64,000 bases of DNA. Source: Bacteroidota bacterium (GTDB taxonomy: Bacteria; Bacteroidota; Bacteroidia; Palsa-965). The stretch is taken from the NCBI GenBank assembly GCA_006218065.1, contig VBWE01000014.1, positions 70,364 to 134,363 of the forward strand. The letters run 5' to 3'. The notes beneath the pieces were generated by a model that saw nothing but the letters and a program-made list of their open reading frames with translations, ran no database searches and was not told the DNA's origin. Below, piece by piece: positions 1-9,569 of the stretch (the stretch's first letter is position 1; each line of letters opens with the position of its first letter). A program made the translations under genes and the position numbers.

Positions 1-2
1 TC

Positions 3-446
3 GAAATTTTTAAGCCTGCCGCGGATACGCGCTACGATGAAGAGAAAGTGGTTTCGCACGATTCGAATGCCATACATTCTACGCCCGTACCCGCTGCCGC
101 CAATATTCTCCTGCTTTCCGGCGATACCGACGTGGTGGGCATCGACGAGGCCCAGTTTTTCGATGCAGGACTCGTGGAAGTCTGCAACCAGCTTGCCGGT
201 TCCGGCGTCCGCGTGATCGTGGCCGGGCTGGATATGGATTATATGGGCAAGCCTTTCGGTCCCCTGCCCGCGCTCATGTCCACCGCGGAATACGTAACCA
301 AGGTACACGCCATCTGCATCCGCTGCGGCCAGCTGGCCCAGTTCTCGCACCGCGTAAACGAAAGTGAAGAACTCGTCCTGCTCGGCGAAAAACGGGAATA
401 TGAACCGTTGTGCCGGGTATGTTATAATGCGGCGCAAAAAAAGTAA
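3..446 (+). CDS. tdk: Thymidine kinase (5'-truncated by window edge)
   Basis: Frame open from base 3 ([11 protein letters not shown]); motifs [18 protein letters not shown], Zn-binding CIRC...YEPLCRVC. Confidence 0.95.
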   Translation, partial: EIFKPAADTRYDEEKVVSHDSNAIHSTPVPAAANILLLSGDTDVVGIDEAQFFDAGLVEVCNQLAGSGVRVIVAGLDMDYMGKPFGPLPALMSTAEYVTKVHAICIRCGQLAQFSHRVNESEELVLLGEKREYEPLCRVCYNAAQKK

Positions 447-449
447 GTA

Positions 450-700
450 GTCCATGACTCACCCCCCGGCCCCCTCTCTCCGCCTTTGGAGTAAGCAGTA
501 CAAAAAAAGTATGTGTTGCGCCAAAGGCACAAAGAGGGGGAGTCTATATATATTTATTAGCGTCGAAGACGCTAATAAATATAAGTCCGCATACTCTTCA
601 GTAAGGCACCCCCTCTTTGCGTCTTCGACGCAAAAGGAACTTCCCGTTTCTCCGGTCCCGTCGAAGGCGGAGAGAGGGGGCCGGGGGGTGAGTCATGGAC
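450..700. mobile_element. REPIN/MITE-like element, copy 1 (GACTCACCCCCCGGCCCCCTCTCTCCG family)
   Basis: Perfect 37-bp terminal inverted repeat 450-486/664-700; inner CAAAGAGGGGG/CCCCCTCTTTG pair; central 16-bp stem TATATTTATTAGCGTC-GAA-GACGCTAATAAATATA (549-583). Confidence 0.9.
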
Positions 701-713
701 CAATTTTATTTAC

Positions 714-3179
714 GTGATCTGCCATTTCTCCGATATCGCCCGCCTTTTCCCCGCCGCTGAAATTATCACGGCAAGCGACCACGTTGTCCGTCACCTGGTG
801 ATCGACAGCCGCACGAGCCATACCGCCGATTCCTTGTTTTTCGCCATCAAAGGCGAGCGGCACGACGGGCACCGGTTTATCGCGGACCTGTATACGAAAG
901 GACTGCGCAGTTTCGTAGTGCAGGAATTGCCCGGCGATTATGTGAAAAAATTTCCGGCTGCGAATTTCATCGTCGTCAAAAATACGATCGATGCTTTGCA
1001 GGAGATCAGTGCGAAGCACCGCGGACATTTTCATTACCCGGTGGTCGGCATTACGGGCAGTAACGGGAAAACCATCGTGAAAGAATGGCTTTACCAATTG
1101 CTGCGCGAAGATTACGCCATCGTGCGCAGCCCGAAAAGTTTCAATTCGCAGGTGGGCGTTCCGCTTTCGGTTTGGGCGATGTCCGGGGAACACACACTCG
1201 CTATTTTCGAAGCGGGAATTTCCCGGCCGGGGGAAATGGAGCGGCTTGAAAAAATTATCCGCCCTGGCATCGGCATCATCACGAATATCGGTGAAGCGCA
1301 CGGGGAAAACTTTACTTCGCTGCAGCAGAAGCTGGATGAAAAATCGAAACTGTTCGGCGACTCCTGCGAAACGATTATCTGCTGTATCGACGGAGCAACA
1401 CTTCCTGCGGATAAAAAACGGAAGCTGTTCACCTGGTCGAAAAAACAGGCGGCGAACCTGCAGATCACGGAAATCCGTCCCGGTAAAAATGAAACTGCGC
1501 TGGATGCCGTTTTTGAAAAACAAAAAATCTCCATCCGCATTCCGTTTACCGATGAAGCGTCGGTTGAAAACGCGATCCATTGCTGGTCGCTCTGCCTGCT
1601 GCTGAACGTGCCGCAGGAAAAAATCGCCGAACGTATGCTCCAGCTTAGTCCCGTGGCCATGCGCCTCGAACTGAAACAGGGCGTGAACAATTGCTCAGTC
1701 ATAAACGATACGTATAATTCCGACCTCGGTTCGCTGGCTGTCGCGCTCGATTTTTTGAACCAGCAGCAGCAGCACCCGAAACGCACGCTGATCCTGAGCG
1801 ATATCCTGCAAAGCGGGCGCAGCGAAGAAACGCTGTACAAAGAAGTCGCCGAACTGGTTTCGCGCAAAGGCATCCAGCGGCTGATCGGCATCGGTGAAGC
1901 GCTCACACGCCGCCAGCAGAATTTCCATGTCGCGCAGAAAGATTTTTTTACGGATACGCGTGCATTTCTCGCAGCATACCACAGTGGTTTTTTCGCAAAC
2001 GAAACGATCCTGCTGAAAGGCGCGCGGGCTTTCGGATTCGAGCAGATCGGGAAACTGCTGCAGCAGAAAGCGCACGAAACCGTACTCGAAGTGAACCTGA
2101 ACGCGCTGGTGCACAACCTGAATTATTTCCGCTCGAAACTCCGGCCCGGAACGAAACTGATGGCGATGGTGAAAGCCTTTTCATACGGAAGCGGCAGTTT
2201 CGAAATCGCGAACATGCTCCAGTTTCACCGCATCGATTATCTCGCCGTGGCCTATGCCGACGAGGGAATCGAATTGCGCAAAGCCGGCATCCGTGTGCCC
2301 ATCATGGTGATGAATCCCGAGGAGCAGGGCTATGAAGCGATGATCGGACACCGGCTCGAACCGGAAATTTTTTCGTTCCGCGTGCTCGATCTTTTTACCG
2401 CTGCGCTCGGGCAATATCATCCCGCGGGCGAAGAACCGTTCCCGGTACACATCAAGATCGATACCGGTATGCGCCGGCTCGGCTTCGAAGAGCGGGATAT
2501 GGAAAACCTGGCTGCGCGCCTGCGCGGGCATACGAACCTGCGCGTGCAAAGTGTGTTCTCGCACTTAGCCGCCAGCGACGAAACCGCGCACGATACATTT
2601 ACGCGAGAACAGTTTGAAAAATTTACGCGCATGAGCGATTTCCTGCGCAAAAATACCGGCTATGATTTCCTGCGGCACGTACTTAATTCCGCCGGCATCT
2701 CGCGTTTCCCGGAAGCGCAGTTCGACATGGTGCGTCTCGGCATCGGGCTTTACGGCGTGGGTGTAAATGACGCGGAGCAGAAACAACTGCAGCAGGTGAG
2801 CACGTTAAAAACCACGATCTCTCAGATCAAAGAAGTTCCCGAAGGCGAGAGTATCGGCTACAGCCGCAAAGGCCGCGCGGCAAGACCCACGCGCATCGCC
2901 ACGGTTCCCATCGGTTATGCCGACGGGCTCAGCCGGCGCCTCAGCAACGGGAAAGGAAAAATGTGGATCCACGGAAAAGCCGCGCCGGTTATCGGTAATG
3001 TGTGCATGGATATGTGCATGCTCGACATTACCGATATAGCGTGTGCGGAAGGCGACGATGTTTTTGTATTTAACGAAGAACACCCGATCACCGAACTGGC
3101 GAAGGATATGGACACGATTGCTTACGAAGTGCTTACTAATGTGGGTGCGCGGGTGAAGCGGGTGTATTACCAGGAGTAG
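714..3179 (+). CDS. alr: Bifunctional MurF-like ligase / alanine racemase fusion
   Basis: N-half Mur ligase (GITGSNGKT, SPKSFNSQVG, INDTYNSD); C-half Alr (MVKAFSYGSG PLP-lysine motif, KIDTGMRRLG, IGYADG, VCMDM). Confidence 0.95.
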   Translation: MICHFSDIARLFPAAEIITASDHVVRHLVIDSRTSHTADSLFFAIKGERHDGHRFIADLYTKGLRSFVVQELPGDYVKKFPAANFIVVKNTIDALQEISAKHRGHFHYPVVGITGSNGKTIVKEWLYQLLREDYAIVRSPKSFNSQVGVPLSVWAMSGEHTLAIFEAGISRPGEMERLEKIIRPGIGIITNIGEAHGENFTSLQQKLDEKSKLFGDSCETIICCIDGATLPADKKRKLFTWSKKQAANLQITEIRPGKNETALDAVFEKQKISIRIPFTDEASVENAIHCWSLCLLLNVPQEKIAERMLQLSPVAMRLELKQGVNNCSVINDTYNSDLGSLAVALDFLNQQQQHPKRTLILSDILQSGRSEETLYKEVAELVSRKGIQRLIGIGEALTRRQQNFHVAQKDFFTDTRAFLAAYHSGFFANETILLKGARAFGFEQIGKLLQQKAHETVLEVNLNALVHNLNYFRSKLRPGTKLMAMVKAFSYGSGSFEIANMLQFHRIDYLAVAYADEGIELRKAGIRVPIMVMNPEEQGYEAMIGHRLEPEIFSFRVLDLFTAALGQYHPAGEEPFPVHIKIDTGMRRLGFEERDMENLAARLRGHTNLRVQSVFSHLAASDETAHDTFTREQFEKFTRMSDFLRKNTGYDFLRHVLNSAGISRFPEAQFDMVRLGIGLYGVGVNDAEQKQLQQVSTLKTTISQIKEVPEGESIGYSRKGRAARPTRIATVPIGYADGLSRRLSNGKGKMWIHGKAAPVIGNVCMDMCMLDITDIACAEGDDVFVFNEEHPITELAKDMDTIAYEVLTNVGARVKRVYYQE

Positions 3180-3195
3180 ATTGGGAGTTGCGTCG

Positions 3196-3264
3196 CGTCT
3201 CGACTGCCGCTCGACGTGACAAGTTTTTATAATTGTTTATAGCGACTACCGCTTGACGTGACAA
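3196..3264. repeat. Two tandem copies of REP-like TCTCGACTGCCGCTCGACGTGAC
   Basis: 3196-3222 and degenerate 3243-3264; same family at 6511, 24766, 42910 and 60436. Confidence 0.8.
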
Positions 3265-3330
3265 ATCGTTATGATTACCGTTCCCGGAATAAGGTGAACA
3301 TTTCTTTACCATTCAAAAACGATAGTTCCC

Positions 3331-3338
3331 TATCTTTG
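3331..3338 (+). promoter_or_regulatory. Bacteroidota sigma70 -7 box TATCTTTG
   Basis: Matches TAnnTTTG 23 bp upstream of ATG 3361. Confidence 0.6.
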
Positions 3339-3360
3339 CCTCCGCGAATCCAAATACATC

Positions 3361-4080
3361 ATGTTACGAATCTCTTTAATCAGTCTTTCTTTCCTGCTGC
3401 TGCTTTCCGGCTGTGTGCCGAAGAAAAAACTTGCGCAGTCGGAAGCGGAGCTGAAAACGCAGCGGGAACTGGCGCAGGCCTATAAACTGCAGATCGATTC
3501 CTTGTCGAAAGTAGCTGCTGTGCAGCAGGACAGCCTGAACCGCCGTGACAGCCTGCTTGCGTATTACAAAGCGAAGGAGGACAAAAAAGGTTCACCATCG
3601 CCGGGGGGCGGGGGACCGCCGAAAAAGAGTTCACTTTCCAAAGAAGAAGAGTACGAGAAAAAAGCCATTTTCATTTACAATTTCACCCGGCAGGTTGTCT
3701 GGCCCGAAACGTTCAAGAGCGATAAATTCATTATCGGCGTGCTGGGTAATTCGATGGTGACGGATAAGCTGAAGAAAATAACGAAAGACAAAAAAGCGCT
3801 GGGCAAACTGATCGATGTCCGCGTTTACAGTATCGACAACCTGCAGGCTTCCCATATTCTTTTCGTCCCGCACGACCAGGTAAGCAGCCTGGGCAAAGTA
3901 CGTTCGGCGCTGGGTTCCAGGCCCATGCTGCTGGTTACGGAAGAAAGTTTCTGGAACTCCGTGGCCTCGCATGTCAATTTTTACATCGACGATTCACACT
4001 TGCGCTACCAGCTCAACAAAGGTACTGCCGAAAAAGCCGGGCTGAAGATCACGCAGGAGATGGTGAGATTTTCGGAATAA
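3361..4080 (+). CDS. YfiR/DUF4154-family lipoprotein with N-terminal coiled coil
   Basis: Lipobox LLSGC; KAIFIYNFTRQVVWP, FIIGVLG, HILFV and LRYQLN..A...GLKI are typical of YfiR-like domains. Confidence 0.8.
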   Translation: MLRISLISLSFLLLLSGCVPKKKLAQSEAELKTQRELAQAYKLQIDSLSKVAAVQQDSLNRRDSLLAYYKAKEDKKGSPSPGGGGPPKKSSLSKEEEYEKKAIFIYNFTRQVVWPETFKSDKFIIGVLGNSMVTDKLKKITKDKKALGKLIDVRVYSIDNLQASHILFVPHDQVSSLGKVRSALGSRPMLLVTEESFWNSVASHVNFYIDDSHLRYQLNKGTAEKAGLKITQEMVRFSE

Positions 4081-4225
4081 TTTTCGATTGCCGATTTTGG
4101 ATTTGCGATTTATCTCTGCATAAACATTAGCGCCTTCGCGTCTTCGCGGTGAGGTTTGATTTGTATTCCATTTTTTATCGCAAAGGCGCTAACAGTTTCT
4201 CAAATCCAAAATCGGCAATCGAAAA
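4081..4225. repeat. Heptamer-based inverted repeat element with inner TTAGCGCCTT/AAGGCGCTAA pair
   Basis: Perfect 25-bp IR TTTTCGATTGCCGATTTTGGATTTG 4081-4105 / 4201-4225 between convergent genes. Confidence 0.8.
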
Positions 4226-4232
4226 TCGCAAT

Positions 4233-5246
4233 TTAAAACGCTGCCCGGTGCATGGTTTTTCCTTTATGCTGCAGCTGGTTCTTGTTTTTGCTGCTGTCGG
4301 ACTCGGCGTATTCCTTTTTTACGCGGACGAAAAAATTATCCACGGCTTTTTTCTGATCGGTGCTTTTCCCGGGTTTCGTGATCGCGTCGGTAACGTAGGA
4401 GTAGAGCAGGTTTCCGTACTGTTTCTTGAAAAGTTCCGGGCTGAAAAAAATATCACTTCCGATTACACTGTCGCCGCTCATGGCTACCACACCGATCACA
4501 TAACTGGTGGTGTCGAAAGCGCCTTTAAAATACTTCAGGTACTCATCGCGTTTTTTAACGAAGTCGCCGTTATTTTCAAGACCGTTATACGTTCCCGAAG
4601 TATTGCCGGCTGCGGCATCCGCATTGTTGGCTGTAGTTACCACCGCCACATCACGCCATACTGCGCTCTGGTTTTGTTCGGTGGCGACTGTTTTACGCAC
4701 CGTGTTCGAACTCACATTCTGATAACCGGAGAAAGATGCTTTTTCACCTGCTTTTTCTTTGTTATCGTATGTCCACCGGCCGTGCTCCACGCAAAACACC
4801 GGCAGGTTCTGTTTCCCCGATTTCGGCGGAAGTATCATATCCTGCGCGATTACGCGGTCCTGTTTCCCGCCCTTCACCAGTTCGCCGGCCATCAGGAAAA
4901 CAGTATCGTTCGATGTGTTTTCAATGAGCAGCGTATTGACCGTAGCGGCATCCCCGGAAACATTATCGTTCAGGTTACCCGCCGGTGCATCGGTTGATCT
5001 TTCGCTGACCTTCACCGTTCCGGCGTTGATGCCTTCTTTCAGCGTTTTGTATTTTCCGAAATGGCTGTGCTCGTCGATATATCCTGAAGTTGCACGGATC
5101 GGGTAAAGCTGCAGGTCTTTGAAAGCCATCGCTTTTTCGTCGAGATAAAATCCTTTACCGGCGGGTGCGTTGCCGTTACCAGCGGGAGGTTGTGCGTTGC
5201 ATGCGGCAAATACCGTCAGTGCAGCGTAGCAGAGGTACTGTTTCAT
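4233..5246 (-). CDS. ARPP-1/DUF6569-like domain lipoprotein
   Basis: Lipobox VFAAC after MKQY; VNTLLIEN...FLMAGELVKGGKQDRVI...VFCVEHGRW...QSAVW. Confidence 0.7.
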   Translation of the reverse strand: MKQYLCYAALTVFAACNAQPPAGNGNAPAGKGFYLDEKAMAFKDLQLYPIRATSGYIDEHSHFGKYKTLKEGINAGTVKVSERSTDAPAGNLNDNVSGDAATVNTLLIENTSNDTVFLMAGELVKGGKQDRVIAQDMILPPKSGKQNLPVFCVEHGRWTYDNKEKAGEKASFSGYQNVSSNTVRKTVATEQNQSAVWRDVAVVTTANNADAAAGNTSGTYNGLENNGDFVKKRDEYLKYFKGAFDTTSYVIGVVAMSGDSVIGSDIFFSPELFKKQYGNLLYSYVTDAITKPGKSTDQKKAVDNFFVRVKKEYAESDSSKNKNQLQHKGKTMHRAAF

Positions 5247-5437
5247 GGTAAGAGGTTTTAAAATGTTAGCATTGAAAGGGGACGCTGCGGGAAAAGTAGT
5301 CGGAGGTGTATTACGTGTCAAGGAGCTTAACGCTAATTAACACGGCATGCGGAAATTAACGGGGCTTCTGTTAAGAACTGCCAATTTGAACGGTGCTTTC
5401 GCGGATTAATTATCTTCGGCATATAACACAACGGATC

Positions 5438-6013
5438 ATGATGCGAACCCCGGTAAAAATTATACTTGCGGTTATTCTTGCCGCTGCTGTTGCCGCCTGC
5501 TCGGCCAATGCGGAATCGACACGAACAGAAGAATCGACAATGCAATGCTGGTCGAAAAACTGGACCGGGAAAGACGAAAAAACACTTTCTGCCGGGATCA
5601 ATGCGCTGGAAGAATACCTGCTTGCCAAAGGTTTACTGAAGGAAAGAAATATGCCCGCCTACATGACCTTTGCCGCCGACAGCACAAAAATCCGTATCCC
5701 GAAATCCACGCCTCACCAGGAGGAAATTTATCTCGCCTTGACAGGCAATTTGCCCGGAGCGCCTGATGTAGGTGCGATGGGTAAATGTTTCGAGACAAAC
5801 TGGTTTTCGCAGCTCAGTAACCTTGATAGCACGGACGTGGTGGCCAGGACAGGCCGGTTGATTAAAGCGCTGGCAGATGCCGGTGCGGTCGATACTAAAG
5901 CCGTTCGGGTAGGTTTTTTCAAGGGCATGACCGAATCCGACATGCAGCGCCCGCTGATTAAAGCTGTTTTTTACTTCTTTGCCTGCGACGTGACAAGATT
6001 TAAGTTTGAATAA
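5438..6013 (+). CDS. Hypothetical lipoprotein
   Basis: Hydrophobic signal with lipobox VAAC; no recognisable domain. Confidence 0.6.
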   Translation: MMRTPVKIILAVILAAAVAACSANAESTRTEESTMQCWSKNWTGKDEKTLSAGINALEEYLLAKGLLKERNMPAYMTFAADSTKIRIPKSTPHQEEIYLALTGNLPGAPDVGAMGKCFETNWFSQLSNLDSTDVVARTGRLIKALADAGAVDTKAVRVGFFKGMTESDMQRPLIKAVFYFFACDVTRFKFE

Positions 6014-6194
6014 ATAAGCATCACTCTTACTTTCAGGGCAATTGCAAAAAACAACCACGGAAGCACGGCACCGGACGTAAAGAATACGTGATCCGGATCG
6101 TTTCTGCCAAACGCGGAGAAACGCGGGCGGAGCGCGTGAAAAAAACAATAGAGAAACTGCTGGCCCGGAAAAAAATGCCCGCGGAAAAAATAAA

Positions 6195-6452
6195 TCAGTC
6201 TTCCAGCTCTTCCGACTTTCCCGGCAGTTTCGTGTACTCGCCGCGCAAGGCATACCAGCCGAAAATCATCATGCCGATGCAGATAGGAATAAAGATGAAC
6301 AGGATAATTCCCCACTGCAGCGTGGTATTCTGACGCGCGGCTCCTTCGGCTGCTTTCCCGATCTTATCCAGTGCCTGCCAGATCATCAGCGCCACCAGGG
6401 CAGGACCGAGCAGGAACCATAAAACGCCGAGCGCTTTTTTTATGTTGTTCAT
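6195..6452 (-). CDS. Small two-TM membrane protein (DUF6814-like), downstream of the MFS gene
   Basis: Two hydrophobic helices; C-terminal FGWYALRGEY. Confidence 0.75.
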   Translation of the reverse strand: MNNIKKALGVLWFLLGPALVALMIWQALDKIGKAAEGAARQNTTLQWGIILFIFIPICIGMMIFGWYALRGEYTKLPGKSEELED

Positions 6453-6476
6453 TTGTACGTTCTATTTCCGGTACTG

Positions 6477-6569
6477 GATTTGAGACTTGAGACATATATT
6501 TTACAAAGTCGGTCTCGGCTGCCGCTCGACCTGACCGCAATACGTGTCTCAAATCTCAAGTCTCAAATC
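6477..6569. repeat. TTGAGAC heptamer inverted repeat enclosing a REP copy
   Basis: 16-bp IR 6477-6492/6554-6569; GGTCTCGGCTGCCGCTCGACCTGAC at 6511-6535. Confidence 0.8.
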
Positions 6570-6608
6570 TGTATTACAAACTTCCGTTTAAACAGTCTTT
6601 ACTTCACT

Positions 6609-8150
6609 TCAATCCATTACATTTTCATCCCGTTTATTCGCCAGGTACACGGCGCCGATAATGAAACACAACCCGGCCACGCCGATCGGGTACCACAAAC
6701 CGGCAAGCGGATCACCTGCGGGATTTGCTTCCGTCATCGTGAACGAAACGATCAGCGTCCCGAGAAACGGTACCAGTCCGCCGAACACGCCGTTACCGAT
6801 ATGATACGGCAGCGACATGGACGTGTAACGGATTTTGGTCGGGAATAATTCCACCAGGAATGCGGCGATCGGACCGTAAACCATCGTCACGTAAGCGATC
6901 TGCACAAAAACCAGCGCGATAAAAATCCAGTACGTTCCCGTCGGCAAGGTTTTTTCCGTTTTGATCTGCACCTTCGGGATTTCCTGTGACGCGACGGCCG
7001 GGAGGATTTCCTTTTTGGTTTCTTTTACGATGATCCCGTTTTCAAAATGTTTTTCGGTCCTCGTTGTCGTAACCGTGTCGTTTGTTCCTGCGGCAATTTC
7101 CGTACTGCGCTCAATCGCGGCGTCTCCCGTGATTTCGGTTTGCTGTTTCGTATCGCTCAGTTCCAAAAACGTTTTGTAAATCGGGCGCCAGGTGAGCACG
7201 CCGAGCAGCATACCGGTGAGCATGATCCATTTCCGGCCGTACCGGTCGCTCAGTGCGCCGAATACGATGAACAAAGGCGTGGCGAATGCGATGGCCCAGA
7301 GCAATATCGTGCGCGACTGTTCGAAATTTATTTTGCAGACGTTTTCGATAAACGACTGCGCGTAAAATTGTCCCGTGTACCAGACCACGCCCTGTCCCAT
7401 CACCGCGCCGAACAAAGCCAGTAGCACCATTTTGAAATTGCCGCGCTTGCGGAAACTTTCGCGGAGCGGTTTGGCGGATGTTTTTCCTTCGTTCTTCAGT
7501 TTCGTGAATGCCGGCGATTCCTGCATTTTCATGCGGATATAAATGGAAATGAGCACGAGCACCACGGAAACAAGGAAAGGAATCCGCCAGCCGTATTCGT
7601 TGAAGGCGTCGTCGCCGAGCATGTTTTTGGTGAGCAGGATCACGCCGAGTGAAAGGAAAAGTCCGAGCGTTGCGGTGGTCTGGATCCAGCTGGTATAAAA
7701 TCCGCGCCGGTTTGCCGGTGCATGTTCCGCGACATACGTAGCCGCTCCGCCATATTCGCCGCCGAGCGCAAGGCCCTGGATCAAACGCAGGATGAGTACG
7801 AGAACCGGCGCAGTGTAACCGATGCTTTTATAACCGGGAATCAAACCGATGGCGAATGTGGAAGCGCCCATGAGCACGAGCGTGAGCAGGAAGGTGTACT
7901 TGCGCCCCACGAGATCGCCCAGCCTGCCGAAAACCAGCGCGCCGAACGGACGCACGATAAATCCCGCCGCAAAAATAGCCAGCGTATTGATCAGCGCCGA
8001 AGCGCCTGCATCCGCCGGGAATAAATGTTTGCCAATGAGTATCGCGAGACTTCCGAAAATGTAAAAATCGTACCACTCGATGAGTGTACCCACGGAAGAT
8101 GCGGAGATGACGCGGCGTATACTGTTGGTTCCCGTGGTGCTGGAATTCAT
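6609..8150 (-). CDS. MFS transporter, metabolite:H+ symporter (MHS) family
   Basis: GTLIEWYDFYIFG, FGRLGDLVGRK, GGEYGGA, WRIPF, ELFPTKIRY. Confidence 0.92.
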   Translation of the reverse strand: MNSSTTGTNSIRRVISASSVGTLIEWYDFYIFGSLAILIGKHLFPADAGASALINTLAIFAAGFIVRPFGALVFGRLGDLVGRKYTFLLTLVLMGASTFAIGLIPGYKSIGYTAPVLVLILRLIQGLALGGEYGGAATYVAEHAPANRRGFYTSWIQTTATLGLFLSLGVILLTKNMLGDDAFNEYGWRIPFLVSVVLVLISIYIRMKMQESPAFTKLKNEGKTSAKPLRESFRKRGNFKMVLLALFGAVMGQGVVWYTGQFYAQSFIENVCKINFEQSRTILLWAIAFATPLFIVFGALSDRYGRKWIMLTGMLLGVLTWRPIYKTFLELSDTKQQTEITGDAAIERSTEIAAGTNDTVTTTRTEKHFENGIIVKETKKEILPAVASQEIPKVQIKTEKTLPTGTYWIFIALVFVQIAYVTMVYGPIAAFLVELFPTKIRYTSMSLPYHIGNGVFGGLVPFLGTLIVSFTMTEANPAGDPLAGLWYPIGVAGLCFIIGAVYLANKRDENVMD

Positions 8151-8270
8151 GAAGCCAAGGTAAAAATTATTGATGGTTTAATTTCTGCAGCGTTTGCCAC
8201 TCACTTTTCCAGATAAAAAAATTAGTTTTGTCATTACATCCCCCCACGCTTACAAAATCCCGTATCCAAA

Positions 8271-9557
8271 ATGAAAGCAATTCAACTGTTCATACTGTTG
8301 TGCTGTGCTGCACCCGGTATTAAAGCGCAATGGACGACTACTCCTTCGCCGTTATCCACGTACAGGCACGACGATGTGTACTTCTTAAACCCGGACACCG
8401 GCTGGGCGGTTAATTATTCGCTCGGCAATAACGGTTATGTGATCAAGACTGTAAACGGGGGTGCGAGCTGGCAAAAGCAGGTGGATTCATCCGGTGCAAA
8501 ATTCCGCGATATCGGTTTTATCGATTCGCTGAACGGATTTATCGGGACGCTTGAAACGGGTTATGATCCGGGGGATACCGTTATTATGTACAAAACGACG
8601 GACGGCGGAACGACCTGGAGTAACGTGGCGAACCTGCCCGGTCCGCGGCCCGGGGGAATCTGTGGCATGTTTGTCGTTAACGATTCCACCTTATACGCCT
8701 GCGGACGATATTACGGTCCCGCGGGATTTTACAAAACAACCGACAAGGGAATTTCCTGGTCGTACACCAGCATGACCGGGCTTGCGGGAGGTATTGTGGA
8801 CATTCACTTTTTCGACAAGGATACCGGCATTGCGGTCGGAGGTACAATTCCCAATTACCTGAACGCACAAGGCCGGATATTAAAAACGGTTGACGGCGGA
8901 AATACGTGGACGATTGCGCATACATCAGCACATCCGCAGGAAATAGGCTGGAAAATATCTTTTCCTTCGCGGAATACCGGGTATGTTTCGCTGGAATCTT
9001 TTCGCGCAAGCGGTCCGCAATATTTTCTGAAGACGACAGACGGCGGAAATACCTGGCAGGATATGCAGTTCCTGGCGAGCGGAACTTTCAGCGCCCAGGG
9101 AATCGGGTTTTTAAATGACACGATCGGCTGGATCGGCGGCAGTTCTTTCAATTATAAAACCACGAACGGAGGTTTGACTTGGTCATCGGATAACTTTGGA
9201 ACACCGGTCAACCGTTTCCGTTTTTTCGGCGATACGCTCGGGTATGCCGCAGGAAGATATATCTATAAATATAACGGCGGCCCGATCGGGATCGGCAGTT
9301 GGGAATTGCCTGCGGAAAAGCCGCTGCTGGTTTATCCGAATCCTTTTTCGGAATCGGTGACGATTTCCAAAACCTGGGACCTGAAATTAAATGCGATGCT
9401 TGTACTGTACGATTGTTTTGGCAGGAAAGTGTATGCGCAAAAACTCAACCAGGAGCAAACGGAAATTATCGAACCCCGGCTGGAACAGGGAATCTATTTT
9501 TACCAGGTTACTGTTTCGGATGGAAAATCAAGAACGGGGAAACTGGTTTGTAAATGA
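8271..9557 (+). CDS. YCF48/BNR-repeat beta-propeller protein with T9SS type A C-terminal domain
   Basis: Signal peptide; repeated KTTDGGxTW Asp-boxes; VYPNPF...GIYFY...KLV CTD. Confidence 0.88.
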   Translation: MKAIQLFILLCCAAPGIKAQWTTTPSPLSTYRHDDVYFLNPDTGWAVNYSLGNNGYVIKTVNGGASWQKQVDSSGAKFRDIGFIDSLNGFIGTLETGYDPGDTVIMYKTTDGGTTWSNVANLPGPRPGGICGMFVVNDSTLYACGRYYGPAGFYKTTDKGISWSYTSMTGLAGGIVDIHFFDKDTGIAVGGTIPNYLNAQGRILKTVDGGNTWTIAHTSAHPQEIGWKISFPSRNTGYVSLESFRASGPQYFLKTTDGGNTWQDMQFLASGTFSAQGIGFLNDTIGWIGGSSFNYKTTNGGLTWSSDNFGTPVNRFRFFGDTLGYAAGRYIYKYNGGPIGIGSWELPAEKPLLVYPNPFSESVTISKTWDLKLNAMLVLYDCFGRKVYAQKLNQEQTEIIEPRLEQGIYFYQVTVSDGKSRTGKLVCK

Positions 9558-9569
9558 GGAGTTGATTTC

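Noticed and set aside
454-717. ORFs 454-717 and 40127-40309, and the N-terminal extensions of 11681-12400 and 12340-12705
   Set aside because: They are translations of the palindromic element (ERGPGGES / ERGGRGVS), not genes.
714-3179. MurF-Alr fusion as a novelty
   Set aside because: Well-known, common Bacteroidota architecture.
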